Positions 1 to 12,345 of a DNA stretch of 64,000 nucleotides are shown piece after piece; the stretch's first letter is position 1, and every line of letters begins with the position of its first letter. The notes beneath the pieces are model-generated. The model made no database searches and was not told the DNA's origin. It saw only the letters and a list, made by a program, of their open reading frames with translations. The stretch is from Vicugna vicugna (taxonomy: Eukaryota). Both the position numbers and the translations under genes were made by a program. The DNA lies in assembly GCA_013265495.1 (NCBI GenBank), contig MU063048.1:4407469-4471468 (forward strand), given 5' to 3'.

Positions 1-2644
1 TCTCACGCCAGGCCGCCCTCTGAGGAGATGCTGCATTTATCTTTTGTTTCCTGATTGCTTTTGGTGTTTCACCGTTGCTTGTTCTCTCCCACCCGGGAAG
101 TCTTTCATTTTCTGCAGATAGAAGAAAACGGAGCTGGCTGGAGAAGGACATCTGTTTCCTGCACCTCTGACCACCGCTCCCTCAAGGTCGGCGCGTGTTA
201 CCAGCTCAGATACTGCAGGCATTTCACGTGCGCTATGTTGTTAGTTCAGAAATTCCCCGGAGGTGCTTGGGGATTTCTGCTGCTTAATTCTCAATTCTCC
301 AGGGACCCACCCTTGATGGGTTAGTAACAAATGCCTGTAGGAGGAGCCTGGCCAAATCTGTGTAGGTATGAAAGACCATTAGTTGGTTTATTCCTTTGCC
401 CTTTAATTTCCGTGGGGACAAGTGAAGAAACTTTGGCAAAGGATGAGTTCACATTTCAGTGACCTCCTGGGCTCCCCGAAGTGGTTTCAGGCAAAGGAAG
501 AGAATGTGCCCACCTCCAGACACCCAGAACTAACTTAGTTATCTGCAAATTCAGTGCTCACTGCGATCTGCCAGTGCTTCTCTGCCCCAGTTCCTGAACA
601 CTGACGTGTAGTTCCAGAAACACAGATGGTAACTTGGTAGACGGGACGTTGAGTCCCAGTGGAAAGATGGGCAGTTTGTCCCGTGCGTTAGAAGTGCGCC
701 CGGCCTCCTGGCACCGATGGGACAGGGAACCATCTCTGTGACACTCACCCAGCCAGCCTGGGAGCAACTGTGAGCTTCTGGCCCGGTTGGCCTCTGGGTC
801 TGAAGAGAAGGCGAACCTAAAATTGCCTTCCCTAGGGATCTGGGTGGAGGGTATACTTTATATGCTATCCAGAGCCGAAGAGCCCTCTGTGCCTGGGGCA
901 CCGGGAACATGCGCATGTGGTGGGCCCTGGGCGTCACAAAAGGCTTATGTCTAAGCACAATTGCTTGGGGACAGAGGGGGCTGCAAGTCGGGGCCTGAGG
1001 GTCCTCTTCAGAGCTCAAGCCCAGCTCTCTTGCACATCCCGTTCTCTGAGTGGAAAGACAGGAGGAAAGGGGGCACTTTGCACTTTGTTCTGAGCCAGCC
1101 CTTCTCCTGCAGACATGGAGCCCGTGGGAGGGAGGAGCCCGCAGAGGTGCTGGGTGGGCACATGGGCAGGTCCAGCCCAGGTGTCTGTGCACATCCGTGG
1201 GACAGAACTGCCTTGCTGGTTTGCACTTTGCCACTTCTGTTCCCGCAGTTCCTTTTGGTTTAATTGAGGATCCAGCCTCTTGTCTGGCAGCCCTACCATG
1301 TGCACACACAGGGCTGTGCTTGAAGTCTCTTTGGAGAATCTAGGGGTCACGACCACAGGAAACCCCACCGGCTTCCGCTGAGCTGGGGGTTGTTGAGCTT
1401 CTAAGTGCCCCCTCTAGGTGGGGGGTCCTGGGAGTGGGGAGGGCAGGGAGGCTGGCCTGGTGACGCCAGAGAAGGGAGGAAGTGGGGACGGACTGGGGAG
1501 GGCACAGGGGAGAGGGCGGGGAGGTATCCGAGACCAGCGCAGCATCGGGGGTTAGAGGTCAGGCCAAAGCGGCCGGATCTGAAGTTCACAGACAAAACCC
1601 TGCCCAGGCGTGAAAGATATCAAAGAGTGAAAGAAAGCCCTGGATGGTTTCTCACAGTGAGATGAAAGCATTCGTGCCAGACTCTGAGCCCATCCTCAGA
1701 GCTGACCGTGTCCAAGCACCCCCCGGTCAGTGTTTGTCCAGTTCCCCTTTTACCCGAAGTTCCTTAACTCGTAAGTTTTAAAAGCAGAGCAGGAGACATC
1801 GAGCTTCTCTTTGCCGTGAATTATTCAGTTTTCTCTTAGACTTTGAGACGGTCACTCCCTGTAATACACCGAAGATCAGACCCTGCTCAATGTCTGTCGA
1901 GGGAAGGAGACTGAGGAGAACCTGGGGGGTCCTGCTCCAATTTCCCGCTGTCACACAGGCTGGCGAGGGAGGGGCGGGTAGCGCACAGGTCTGGTGTGTC
2001 CTTGGAACTGGCTGGTGCTGGCAGGACCCCTGCTGAGCCGTCCCCGCGGCCGGGGAAGGGTCTGCGTCGTCCCTGCCTTGGCCGGTTGACCCAGTGCCTG
2101 GACCACGGGCGGGGCTTGTGCATGGGGTGCAGGTGGAGTGAACGCCCCCACGAACCCTAGAGAAGGTGTTGTCACTCTGACCTGGCATGTATGTTGGAGA
2201 CGGTAACCTCGGGTTTGGGTCTCTGCTCCATCAGGCAAGTCCCTGGACCTCACTTCTGTTTTTTTAAATCTAGAACAAGAAGCATTGTTGGAGCTCTAAC
2301 AGCTGAACTCTAGATTCCAGCCCTTAGCAAATGCTCTTAGTCTTTCTCGTTCCCTTTCATTCTTGGGGAGGTTGTCCTGCAAGGACAGGTGGGCGGTTCC
2401 CTGCACTAAAACACCAAGTGAAGTTTTCGGGTGAAAATTGGAACAGTGACAAGTCCCCAAGGGAACGGGGCCACTTAGACCTGATGTGTGGCGAGCACCT
2501 GGGCCCCCAAAGGAAAGTCCACAGCTCTTTTTCTGGAAAATTGAGCAGAGAGGATAAAACCCATTAGCAAATCGCATAAGAAAGTCTGTGGTGGAGCTGG
2601 GAAGAACATAGCTCCTGTCTGTCTGTCTGTCTGTCCACCAGGCA

Positions 2645-3255
2645 GCTTCATCATGGAAAATTTCGAGCATATACCCAAGTAAAGAGGCCAGTGTAAGGAA
2701 GTCCCATGGAACCATCACCCTGATCAATGCTTGTCCACTTGTGGCCTCTCCTGTCTCATCTGCGTCTCCCCAACTCCTACCCCCACCCCTAGTAGGTTTT
2801 TATGGAGCAAATCCAAGACATAATATTTTTTCTTCTGTAATTACTTAAATATCTTTAAAAGATATGGTTGGGGGAGGGTATAGCTTGGGGTAGAGCACCT
2901 GCTTAGCGTGCACGAGGTCCTGAGTTCAGTCCCCAGTACTGCCATTAAGTAAACAAACAAACAGCCCAAATTACCTTCCTTCCCCCACAAAATAAAGTGA
3001 ATTAAAAATAAAAGATGTGGACTTCTTTTCTTTGAAAAATAGAAATATAACCACAGTACCATTATCAAACCGCAAAAAGTTGCCAGTATTTCCGTAATAT
3101 TTCTAAATATCTAGCCAGGGTTTAAAGTTCCCCAGTGGCCTCATTTTTAATAAGCATCGGTTCAGTTAGGTGAGGATGCAAACAAGCCTTCTTGCGTTTG
3201 ATCAGTAGGTCTCCTGAGTTTCTCGAGCCGAGCGATCTTTCTCCCTGTTTTAAAT
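2645..3255 (-). mobile_element. Ancient L1 (L1MC/L1ME-type) 3' end fragment, interrupted by a younger SINE
   Basis: catggaaaatttcgagcatatacccaagtaaagag ... ccatcaccc ... gagcaaatccaagacataatattttt ... taaccacagtaccattatcaaacc resembles the reverse complement of old L1M 3' UTR consensus (recalled). Confidence 0.7.
2871..3009 (+). mobile_element. tRNA-derived SINE of the camelid Vic-1 type
   Basis: GGGGAGGGTATAGCTTGGGGTAGAGCACCTGCTTAGCGTGCACGAGGTCCTGAGTTCAGTCCCCAGTAC: A-box and B-box-like tRNA head, then an (AAAC)n/A-rich tail. It is flanked by AAAAGATATGG (2857-2867) and AAAAGATGTGG (3010-3020) at a TT/AAAA site. Confidence 0.9.
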
Positions 3256-3259
3256 TTAA

Positions 3260-4640
3260 TGGTTAAAAAGTCAGGTTGTCTGCCTGTAGCGTTTTCCTGC
3301 GCTTGGGCTTCGCTGACACAGCCTGTGGGTTAACGGACCCCTCTGTCCACTGTGTTTCCGGTGAACTGGCAGGTGGATCCAGAGGCTTGACTGTGCTCAC
3401 TGCTGAGGGTTTCCAGGAACAGCCTGAAGTTGTGGATTTCTGCCGGGAGGCCCATTGTGACGGCTTGCTGCTCCTTTGGTGAATTATGGCTACTCGGCGA
3501 ATTTGAGCGTGAACTTGACTCATCTATTGCAAAGCTCCCCGTGGGCGTCTCACCTCCTGGTCCTTGCGGCGTCCCTGCCCAGCGCCGTCGCGGTCAGGGG
3601 TGGCAAGGGGACAGCATGCTCCCGCCCTCTCTGCTTTCTTTACGAGCTCCAAACTTGCGTAAAGAAAGCCTTTCCTCACCAGCGGGCTGTCGCTCGGAAA
3701 TTCAGTTTGTGCGGAAAAGGTTAAATGCTTCGTTCCCAACAGATACTATATTTTTCTTCTCTAGAATTTCCATTTGATTCTTTTAAAAGTATTTTTTACT
3801 TGTCTCTTCATTACAGGCGTGTTTTCCTTTGAGGCCTTAAATACGTGTATAACAGCGTTTTACAAATCCTTGCCCGCAGTTTCCAATATCCCACTCATTT
3901 ATGGGTCTGTTTCTTTTGGCTGATTTTCCTCCTTGTTGTGGGTCACGATTTGCTTATTTCTCGCATGTCTAGTAATACTTGATGGGGTGCAGGACATTAT
4001 GAGGTTTGTGCTGTTTTATTTTTCTCCTTAAAGAGTTTTGGAATTTGTTTGGTGGACCATTAAGTTAGTTTCTGATTCCTCCTTACCAGATTTGTCTCTG
4101 AGCCTCTTGGAGGGCTGTTCTAGAAGAGCCTGTCCTTCAGGGCTGAGTCAGCCCTGCAGCGGAGGTGCGGCCTCCAGCATTGCTGCGCACGGCCCCGGGG
4201 GCTCGGGGCGGTGGCTAGGGCCTGCGTCCCTCCCAGCCCTGCCAAGGCTCTGGGCGCTGTCCCTGCAGGCCTTCTCAGCTCTCTGTCCAGCCTCGTGGAT
4301 TTTCACCCCATAGAGGCCCGGATCCGGGTTCCACCAGCGGCTCCCGGGGTCCCGGGAAGGTTTCTGAACCTTTGCCTCATCCAGTTCTGTCTGCAGCTTT
4401 GCCCATAGGCTCAGCCTCCCTGAGCGCCGGTCTGTTTCCCTCCCCCAGATGCGGGTTCCTCTTGGCTTCTCCTGCCCCTTTGCTGACGTTTTAAATTTGC
4501 TTTCAGGGCAAAATCCAGGACAACTGTAAAACTCAGCTTCTTTTTCTCAGGGATCATGGTCCTACTGTTTGATAACTTATGTCTAAAAAAGCTTTCTATT
4601 TAGATTTTGTACAGTTTTCTATTGTTTGTCTTTCATGGCC
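3260..4640 (-). mobile_element. Ancient L1 5'/ORF1-region fragment
   Basis: T-rich antisense L1 5'-region phrases such as ctagaatttccatttgattctttt, gggtctgtttcttttggctgattttcctcc, gcatgtctagtaatacttgat. Confidence 0.55.
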
Positions 4641-4659
4641 AGGAATTTGTCATAATTTT

Positions 4660-5100
4660 AAAAAAGTGTATATACTTGAATTGGGATTCAAATAAAGTTC
4701 ACACAATTTGATTGGCTGGTGTGTCTTTTTGCCTTTTTAAATAATCAAGTCCATCCTTCACCTTCCTCACTCCCTTTTCCTCCCATTTACTCTTGTGGAC
4801 AACCCGGCCACGTTCGTACGTCGAGTTTCCCGTGTTCTGGTCGCCACTGCCTGCGTTCCTGTGGTGTCTTTTAGCCCGTTCCCCATACCTGTTCCCTGGT
4901 AACCGGTGACGCCTTTTAGAGACGTGACCAGATTCAGGTTAGTTTTCTCCCCTGAGGTGACTCTGAAGGTGTTGGTTTGCTTTTCCATCAAGAGGCGCAC
5001 GTCTTTTTGTCGTGTTAGCAGCCACTGGTGCTCAGTGACGGGACCGAAGCACTTCTAACTTGCTGGTTTGTCGTGGACGCTGGGCCTCAGCGAGGATGAA
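4660..5100 (-). mobile_element. Ancient L1 (L1MC/L1ME-type) 3' UTR fragment
   Basis: ttgaattgggattcaaataaagttcacac ... catttactcttgtggacaacccggcc ... gtgttagcagccactg resembles the old L1M 3' UTR consensus. Confidence 0.6.
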
Positions 5101-5655
5101 TTTCTAGGCTATGCAAGTTGGGCTATTATTTCCATGTACTTGTTTTCAAAACATCAAGTACAGTGACAAATTGGAGCTCCAAGAAAAACTGGAATGTTTT
5201 TAAACTTGCTCAAGGAAAAGTTGCCCCATTTTTTCAAACTGGAGGGAGGCCAGCCTGGGTGATATCAGCCCATACGCGTTACTTTCCGGGTGTGCTCTGA
5301 TTAACTCTGGGCTCTGGCAGGGCTGCCGGGGGTGAGGGAGCCGGGGAGGCACCCTGCAGTCTCTTCCCCCCCCCCCCCCGGGAGGCACGAGAGACAAGGA
5401 TGCTTCTGTGGTGCTTAAGGGTCTGTAAAAGCTGTTTGTAGTGTAAATTTGTTTAAATAGTTCCTTTCATGTTAGTTTATGGGGCTGACACATTTGCTCA
5501 TGAACACAGAGTTTCCTAAGTGAAGTTGCCCGTCTGCCCCAGCTCGAGTGCTCACAGTGTCACAGTACACGGGCTGCTGTTTATTTGCACAAAGCCTTTC
5601 CTCTAGGCTCTTTCATGTCTTCTTCCTCGAGATTTTTCTGGGATATGATCAACCT

Positions 5656-5712
5656 AATTTTGTAAGATGTGGAAACTGGGGCACAGATGATCTGGGACTT
5701 GGACAGCCTCGT
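5656..5712 (-). mobile_element. MIR SINE fragment
   Basis: ttttgtaagatgtggaaactggggcacaga matches the reverse MIR core (ttttacagatgaggaaactgaggcacaga). Confidence 0.7.
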
Positions 5713-6877
5713 TTAGCTCCTGGCCTACAGTCCCTGCTGACACCCACCTGTGCCCCGCACCCTGGGCCACTGTCGGAAGGCTCTCCGGTCCCCCCGTCAG
5801 GACAGCTGCACGGAAGTGCCGACGCTGGTGGTTCTCTGTGGCTGGGGTGGTGGTGGCGGCGCAGGTGTGCTCTTGGGGTCTGCCTTCGAGCCTCGTTTCT
5901 CCGAGTGTCCGGGAGTCCCCCAAGCATCTCTCCAGTTCTCGGAGGCTCTTCCCTGGGCAGTTCAGCCAGCAGCGCATGCAGGTGTGCTCCCAGCATGGCC
6001 GAGCCCCGCAGCCAGTCCGTCTGCAGCTGCCCCGTCCTCCTGGCATAATCCCCGAGGTTTCGTGTATTTGGTGAAGCACGACACTGGCTGCCCAGGCTCC
6101 ATGCTGCTCACTTCTGGGCACTGTGGCGGCAGGGTTCCTTCCTCCTCTGCACTCCTTAGAGGCTCATCCCTCTACGGCGAAATATTTTAGCATGGGGCGT
6201 TTGGTCCCAACTTCCTGGAAGGCATGTTTCGAAAGCTGCTTTGGCCATTTCAGCTCAGGTGTGGCGATGGCGCCTTAGCGCTGACGTGGCCCGTCCTTGG
6301 CTTCTCGCCACGTAGACCCTGTCTTCCTGGCCTCCTCGTCTCACGCTCCTCAGGGCAGGGACGTGTAACCTTCTGGTACAGCCACAGCCACCACACAGCC
6401 CGGGTTTGGGGAGAGGCCCTCTTTCGACTCTTCCGGCTGACTGTCCACACAGACCACTGAGACGCTGCCCTGGAGTTCTGTACCCTCCAGTGTTCGGCTG
6501 TGTCCCCCAGACCGCCTCCTTGGAGCAGAAACCGACAGAAATGTCCTTTGTAAGACCTCCGCTGCTGTGGGTTGCAGAGCTGTGGTTGGATTTTTACTGT
6601 GGGGAATTATGTGTCTTAGTCCAGGCTACCCTGAGACGGAGGTGGGGACAGAGGCTTGATGCGGGGGGGACAGGATTGTGGAGTGGGGAGGGGGCGGAGG
6701 GGAAGGAAAGCTCCTGCCAGGTGCTGATGGGGGCAGACGGCCCCAGAGGAGCGGTGCCTGAAGACACGTGTCTTGGAAGTGTCTGCTTTTACCCACAAGG
6801 AGTGGGGCACTCGCCCCGGGACGTGTTCCTGCCTGGTGAAAGGAGACAGGTGGGGTCAGAGGCATCAGGTGGAGAAG

Positions 6878-7672
6878 TGTGTGCACCTGTGTGTATGAGC
6901 ACATGTGTGCATGTAGGTGCGTGTGTACATGTATGTATTCACATGCGAGTGCCTACGTGTGCCTGTGCGTGCGTGTGCATATGAGCGTGCGTGCGTGTGT
7001 ATGAGCATGTGTGTATGAGCGTATGTGCATGTGTGTGAGCATATGTGTGTCTGTGGGAGTGTGTGTGTGTGTGTATGAGCATATGTGTGTCTTGTGTGTA
7101 TGAGCATGCGTGTGTGCGTGTGTATGAGCATATGTGTGTACGAGCATATGTGTGTCATGTGTGAGCGTGTGTGCATGCGTGTGTATGAGCGTGTGTGCAT
7201 GTGTATGAGTGTGTGTGCGTGTGTATGATCATATGTGTGTCTTGTGTGTATGAGCGTGCGTGTGTATGACCATATGTGTGTCTTGTGTGTGTATGAGCGT
7301 GTGTGCATGCATGCGTGCATATGAGCGTGTGTGTGTGTGTATGAGCGTGCGTGCATGCGTGTGTATGAGCGTGTGTGTGTCTTGTGTGCATGAGCATGCG
7401 TGTGTGCGTGTGTATGAGCGTGTGTGTATGAGCATATGTGTGTCTTGTGTGTGTATGAACGTGTGTACATGCATGTGTGCATATGAGCGTGCGTGTGTGT
7501 ATGAGCGTGCATGCATGCATGCATGTGTATGAGCGTGTGTGTGTCATGTGCATGAGCATGCATGTGTGTGTGTATGAGCGTATGTGTGTATGAGCATATG
7601 TGTGTCGTGTGTGCGTGTGTGAGCGTGTGTGCATGCGTGCACGTGTGTGTATGAGCATGTGTGCATGTGCTG
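6878..7672. repeat. Complex (TG)-rich alternating purine-pyrimidine array with GTGTGTATGAGC-type units
   Basis: About 800 bp of near-continuous GT/GC/AT dinucleotides with more than 20 ATGAGC punctuation motifs. Confidence 0.97.
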
Positions 7673-9739
7673 CTGACACGGAGGAGGGAGCACTGCAGGC
7701 AAGCCCAGGTGCTGGGCACGTGTGACGACGGCCCTGGAGCCCCGCCTCCTGATTTCTGGCCGTTTTCCTGCCGTCGTCACCCATCAGGTCACTTGACCTA
7801 TTTGGCCCCCGGTTCCGTCAACTGTGAAACCCAAGGATCAGACGGGATTATCCCAGAGCCCTTTCAGCTCGAACACTCCACGGTGGGAAGGACTCCTCTC
7901 TGAAGCAGCCAGAATAGCGGCTCCTCTCACGGACAAGCCGTCCTTGGTGTCTGTGCCCTTGAACTCGGGTGTGCTGCCCTGTCGTGCCAGCCTCCCTTGT
8001 TGGCTTGTTCTAATCCCTCATCTGGGCAACGCTGGTTTCGGCCGCATTTCAGCTCCCTGAAGAGCTGCGATGGGTTTTACCTCCCGCTGAGTGGCCCTGA
8101 GGGCTGGCTATGTCACAGCTTTCACAGGTGGGCTGAGCTGTGGGAGTGGCCCTGGGGTCAGGCTGGAGGACTGGGGGCAGCACCCGCTCGCTGAAGCCAG
8201 CGTGACCACCCCGGGGAGGAGGGTGGGCGCCCGGAGCCCGGGCACCCAGGCTCCCAGCGAGCTGCTCAACCCTGACCTGGATCTGCTGAAATGTGACCCT
8301 TGTGTCTTCCTTCCACAGAGGGCTGCTCGGGGGGCCGTGCGCTGCTCGGTGGGGGCGCCGGGTGGTGCAGGCTGCCTGGGTGCTGTGGGCTGAAGCCTGG
8401 CCCCCCCTCTGTGACGGTGGGTGCAAACACCTGCAGCCTCTTCCGGTCTCCCATCGGGAGGTGGAGGCAGGGAGCTGTGCTGCCCGAGGGTCTGCAGGAA
8501 GACGGGGCACGTGGCGGGTGTGGAAGGCCTCTGCCAAGTGCCAGGGTGAGAGCACGCTGGGCTCGGTGGGCAGGCACGGGTAGGCGCCCCTGGGTTTGAA
8601 TTGCACTTTGGTCATCTGCTTGTACGTCTCCTCCTCTGCAAAGAGCAGGGCTGCAGGCGTGGTAGGAACGTGTCCTTTGAGTCTGAAGTGCTTCGGAAGG
8701 AAGACCGTGACTGGAATTGGCTCAGCCCGAGGCCGGGGGAGGGGGGTGCTGGGAGGGGGGCTGGGGAGGACCAGCAGGTCTCAGCTGGGGAGGGGTGGCT
8801 TTGGTCCTGGTGGTGAATTAAGTGGATCGCTGATCTCATCCGTCTTCTAGGATTGTGATGTACTTGGGGTTTTCTTTGTAAATTTTGCCTCTGCTGTCCT
8901 GTATAACCAAAGGCAAAGGGAGAAGGGAGCAGCTTCTGGGACCGTGGACAGTTCTGGAAGAGCCACTGGGGCCAACGGCTGTGGTCGGCGGACAGAGCCA
9001 GCGCACAGCCCCCAGCTGGGCCGTTCACTGTCCCGTGGGAGGGAGTGACTGGGAGACAGGGGAGCTGAGGTCCGAGGTGGACAGCGGGGCCGTCGAGGCA
9101 CAGCAGCCTTCACCTTCCTCCGTGCGCCCACCAGGCCTCTCTCTCTTGCATGAGCTCCGTCTCTAAGGGCCCTGGTGGCGGGTGGGCAGGGCCGCCTGCG
9201 GAGGACTCGGGGCCCTCGAGGCAGCAGCCTTGATGATTGTTTCCGAGCTGCTGTGTGACGTGGTTATCAGTTTCCCCACATCAAGGTGGAGCCCTGCAGG
9301 CCCGTGACCCCACATGCCCTCTGTGGCACGTGCCTTGTTTTCTGGAAAATGGTCCATGGCCAGAGCTTAGTCTTTGCTTCAGTAAAGGGTGATTTAATTT
9401 TGGGAAACAGAAGAAGAGGTTTAGCTCAGATGAACCGAGTGATAAAGCCCCACGTCTTGGGGTGGGGCGGAAGCGGCAGAGGAAGCCCTGCTCGGGGGAC
9501 ACTCAGCAGGAGAGCCACTGAAGGGGCATCGCCGCTCCCTGCCTCGGGAAGTCAGCGGCAAGAACGACAGTGTTAATAGTCTAGAATACAGAGGGTTGTT
9601 GGGTAAAATGGGCAAAGGCACAAACACATCACATGTGTGAAAACCCCCGTGGAAGAAACACAGACCCACCACCTGCGTGGCCGTCAGTGGACACACAGCC
9701 CAGCTCAGCTGCGTGGCCTGGGGCAGGTCTACCTGACCG

Positions 9740-9920
9740 AGCTCTGGGCTCTGTGTTTATCGCCCCGGCGACCTTCGGCCGTTACTCGGCTTAGTCTTTG
9801 TTCTTTTCTGTGAAATCACGATGGTAGCATTGCCTGCCCGCCCCGCAGGGCTTGTCACGAGGGTTAAAGAGAATCCAGAAGGGCCCAAGCACAGGGCCGG
9901 GCGCGCAGCCTGCTCTCCAG
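9740..9920 (+). mobile_element. MIR SINE, GC-shifted
   Basis: gaccttcggccgttactcggc ... ttttctgtgaaat ... gcagggcttgtcacgagggttaaagag ... aagcacagggccgggc follows the order of MIR consensus blocks. Confidence 0.6.
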
Positions 9921-11529
9921 GCACGTCAGCCGCTCACTGCTGGTGGCAGAGCTGCCTGGATCACAAGCAACACTGGTAACGTCTCCCCGTGCTGAAGTCA
10001 AGGAAACGAGCGTAAAGCCTCAGGGAAGCACTGCTGTTACCTACCCGACTGGGGGCAGGCAGCGTGCGCGGGGAGGGAACCTACACTTCTGGGCAGTGGA
10101 CTCGGCCCCCCGTCTCCACAGGCGACTTGGCAGTTTGCGTGAACGCCGGAAATGCAGACGGTTTTGGCTGGTTCTCCTCCTGGAAATTAGCCCCAGAGAG
10201 ACGAGGGGACGAGTGCAGGAGGCTGAATGTGTAAATACGGCTCACACCAGCAGCAACTCAGCAGCGACCATCAGCGGACGAGGCCAACCTGCTTTACCCT
10301 TACACGTGCAGACCGCTGTATGTCAACTGTGTCTCCGTGAGAAACGCAGAAGCCCCTCGGTGAGGCAGGTGAGCCCGCTAGGCTTCATCGTCAAGGGACC
10401 CCTGCACCAGCGCCAAGCGTAGCAGCAGGGCTCTCGGCCTTCCTCGCCACCTGGGAAAGCGCTTTGACGCACGGGTGGACGGAGAGCGGGCTGCAAGGTG
10501 ACACCTGCCGGGTGCCTGCATTTATGTCTGCACGCCTGTTAGCTCAGCTAAAGAGCAAGTTTGGAAGATGCACTTCAAAGTGCTGGCGTTCCTTTCTTCT
10601 TGGGGACTGATTTTATTGTTTGATTTTTGTGTGTCTATTTTTTTTTTGGTCCTTTGCAGCCTCCCCTGTGAACGGAGATCTGCGTGTTGGTTGTACTCAC
10701 GTAGATTGATTCGGGGTCACGGTCCAAGAACACACCACTGCAGCTTTCTTCCTTTTCTCTTTTCCTTGTTTGTCAATCAGAAGTGTTTCTTCATTCCTCA
10801 GTCTATGAGTCAGGCAGGAAGACATCAGAACCAGGGTTTTGCAAGGCCTTTCCACGCTGGCTCCAGTGAAAGGCACACACTTGACGTTGCCTCCCTGTGC
10901 CAGCAGAGACAAGGCTCCGCAGGGGTGGGGGAGCCAGAAAGATCCGGTCAGCATCAGACAGACAGGCGCTCTCGCAGACAAGCCCAGGGCCGGTGGCGCG
11001 CAGCCAAACAGACGTGGAGCATCTCTGCTCAGGGTGCTCAGACTCACCGCACGGAGGGGTTCCCGAGGCGTCACCTGGCTGGACACGTAGAGGAACAAGC
11101 AGGATGCGGTGTTGCAGGACTTGGGGGACCTGGGACACCCCCCGGGCACCCCAGTAGCTCCCAGCCTTCCTATTAGCCATCTTTCCCCTTCCTGGCGTGA
11201 CTGGAACCACCGTAAACTGGAGGTTCACAGGCAGCCTCGGTCAGCCGCGACCTTCGCCGCGCCCTCCGAGCCGCCTGGCAGCCCTCTGGTGGCCGAGCAC
11301 GACGTACATCTTCACTTTCAGACGAGGAGAGGGCTCAAAGAGCACTGCGGCTTGGCGGGGGACGGGAGTCAGAGTCCTCTGTCCCCGCTGGTTTGGCTTT
11401 GTCCCCTGTGACTGCAGAGCAACTCGGAAAACCATTGTTTTCATGGTCACTGCACACAAGCTCCACGGACCACCGGGCCCTGCCCTTCAGCCTCCTGCCC
11501 GAGACACACAGTGTTCCACTGTGGTCCCA

Positions 11530-11686
11530 CACACGCACGCACACACACGCATGCACACATGCACACACAGACGTGCACACATGCGCACATGCAAGCACAC
11601 CCACGTGCACACACACGCAAGCACGCACATACATGCACACCCACATACCCACACACACACTCGCACGTGTGCGCACACACGCACTG
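11530..11686. repeat. Imperfect (CA)n/(CACG) array
   Basis: cacacacgcacgcacacacacgcatgcacacatgcacacacag... directly visible. Confidence 0.95.
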
Positions 11687-12221
11687 AGACAAGACTCAAG
11701 GTGCAAAGTGCAGCCTTTCTACCGCAGGTGTGCCGTGACTCAGCGGTTTCTAGCACCACTGCACCCCAGCACCACGGCACCGCGGGTTTCACAGATGCAG
11801 GGGTCGGTGCCTGACCCGAGCCTCTGCAACAGGGTGTGGACCCAGAGGCCTAGGCCTGAAACTCAAAGAAGATGGGCCACAAGGGAATTCTTCTGATAGC
11901 TCACTTTTATCTAGATTAGCTGGTGAGCCTGTCTGTTGGCTTTGGTGTCACAGAATCAGCCTCTTCTTTTCTGTACCTTTTCCTAAATATCCAGCAGGCT
12001 TCCCTCGTATCTCAGCTGGCCGTGCCTCTCGCTGGTACCTGCTTACCTGAAGGAGGGACTCGGTCGTGTCAGACCACCTCTCCCGTCCCCGCGGCAGGAG
12101 CTGCTCAGGGGAAGGCTGTCTGGGGCAGGCTGGCCCCTTCTTGGTCCAGGGGCTGGGCCTCCCTGCCTCCTGGATCCCACCCAGGGCCCCGGCTTTTCCC
12201 CTCTTGTGCCACGGGCTCCGG

Positions 12222-12345
12222 CGTGGTACCCCTGTCTGTAAAATGGGGGAAAAGCAGCCCGCCACTCAGTTATGGGGATTAGGTGGGATCGTCCGTGTCA
12301 GGTGCAGCGCGAGGTGGCGCACAGCAGGTGCTCAGCGCTGCTCCC
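12222..12345 (+). mobile_element. MIR SINE
   Basis: ctgtctgtaaaatggggg ... gttatggggattaggtgggat ... ggcgcacagcaggtgctcag matches the MIR core and 3' end. Confidence 0.8.

Noticed and set aside
3263-3523. 86-aa Ser/Lys-rich minus ORF
   Set aside because: Lies inside a decayed L1 5' region and has no independent gene signals.
6865-7784. Long His/Thr-rich or Cys/Val-rich ORFs (up to 284 aa)
   Set aside because: Translations of the TG/CA array; open only because the repeat lacks stop codons.
11197-11896. ORFs with HTHAHT/CVCV runs
   Set aside because: Same artefact from the CA array at 11530-11686.
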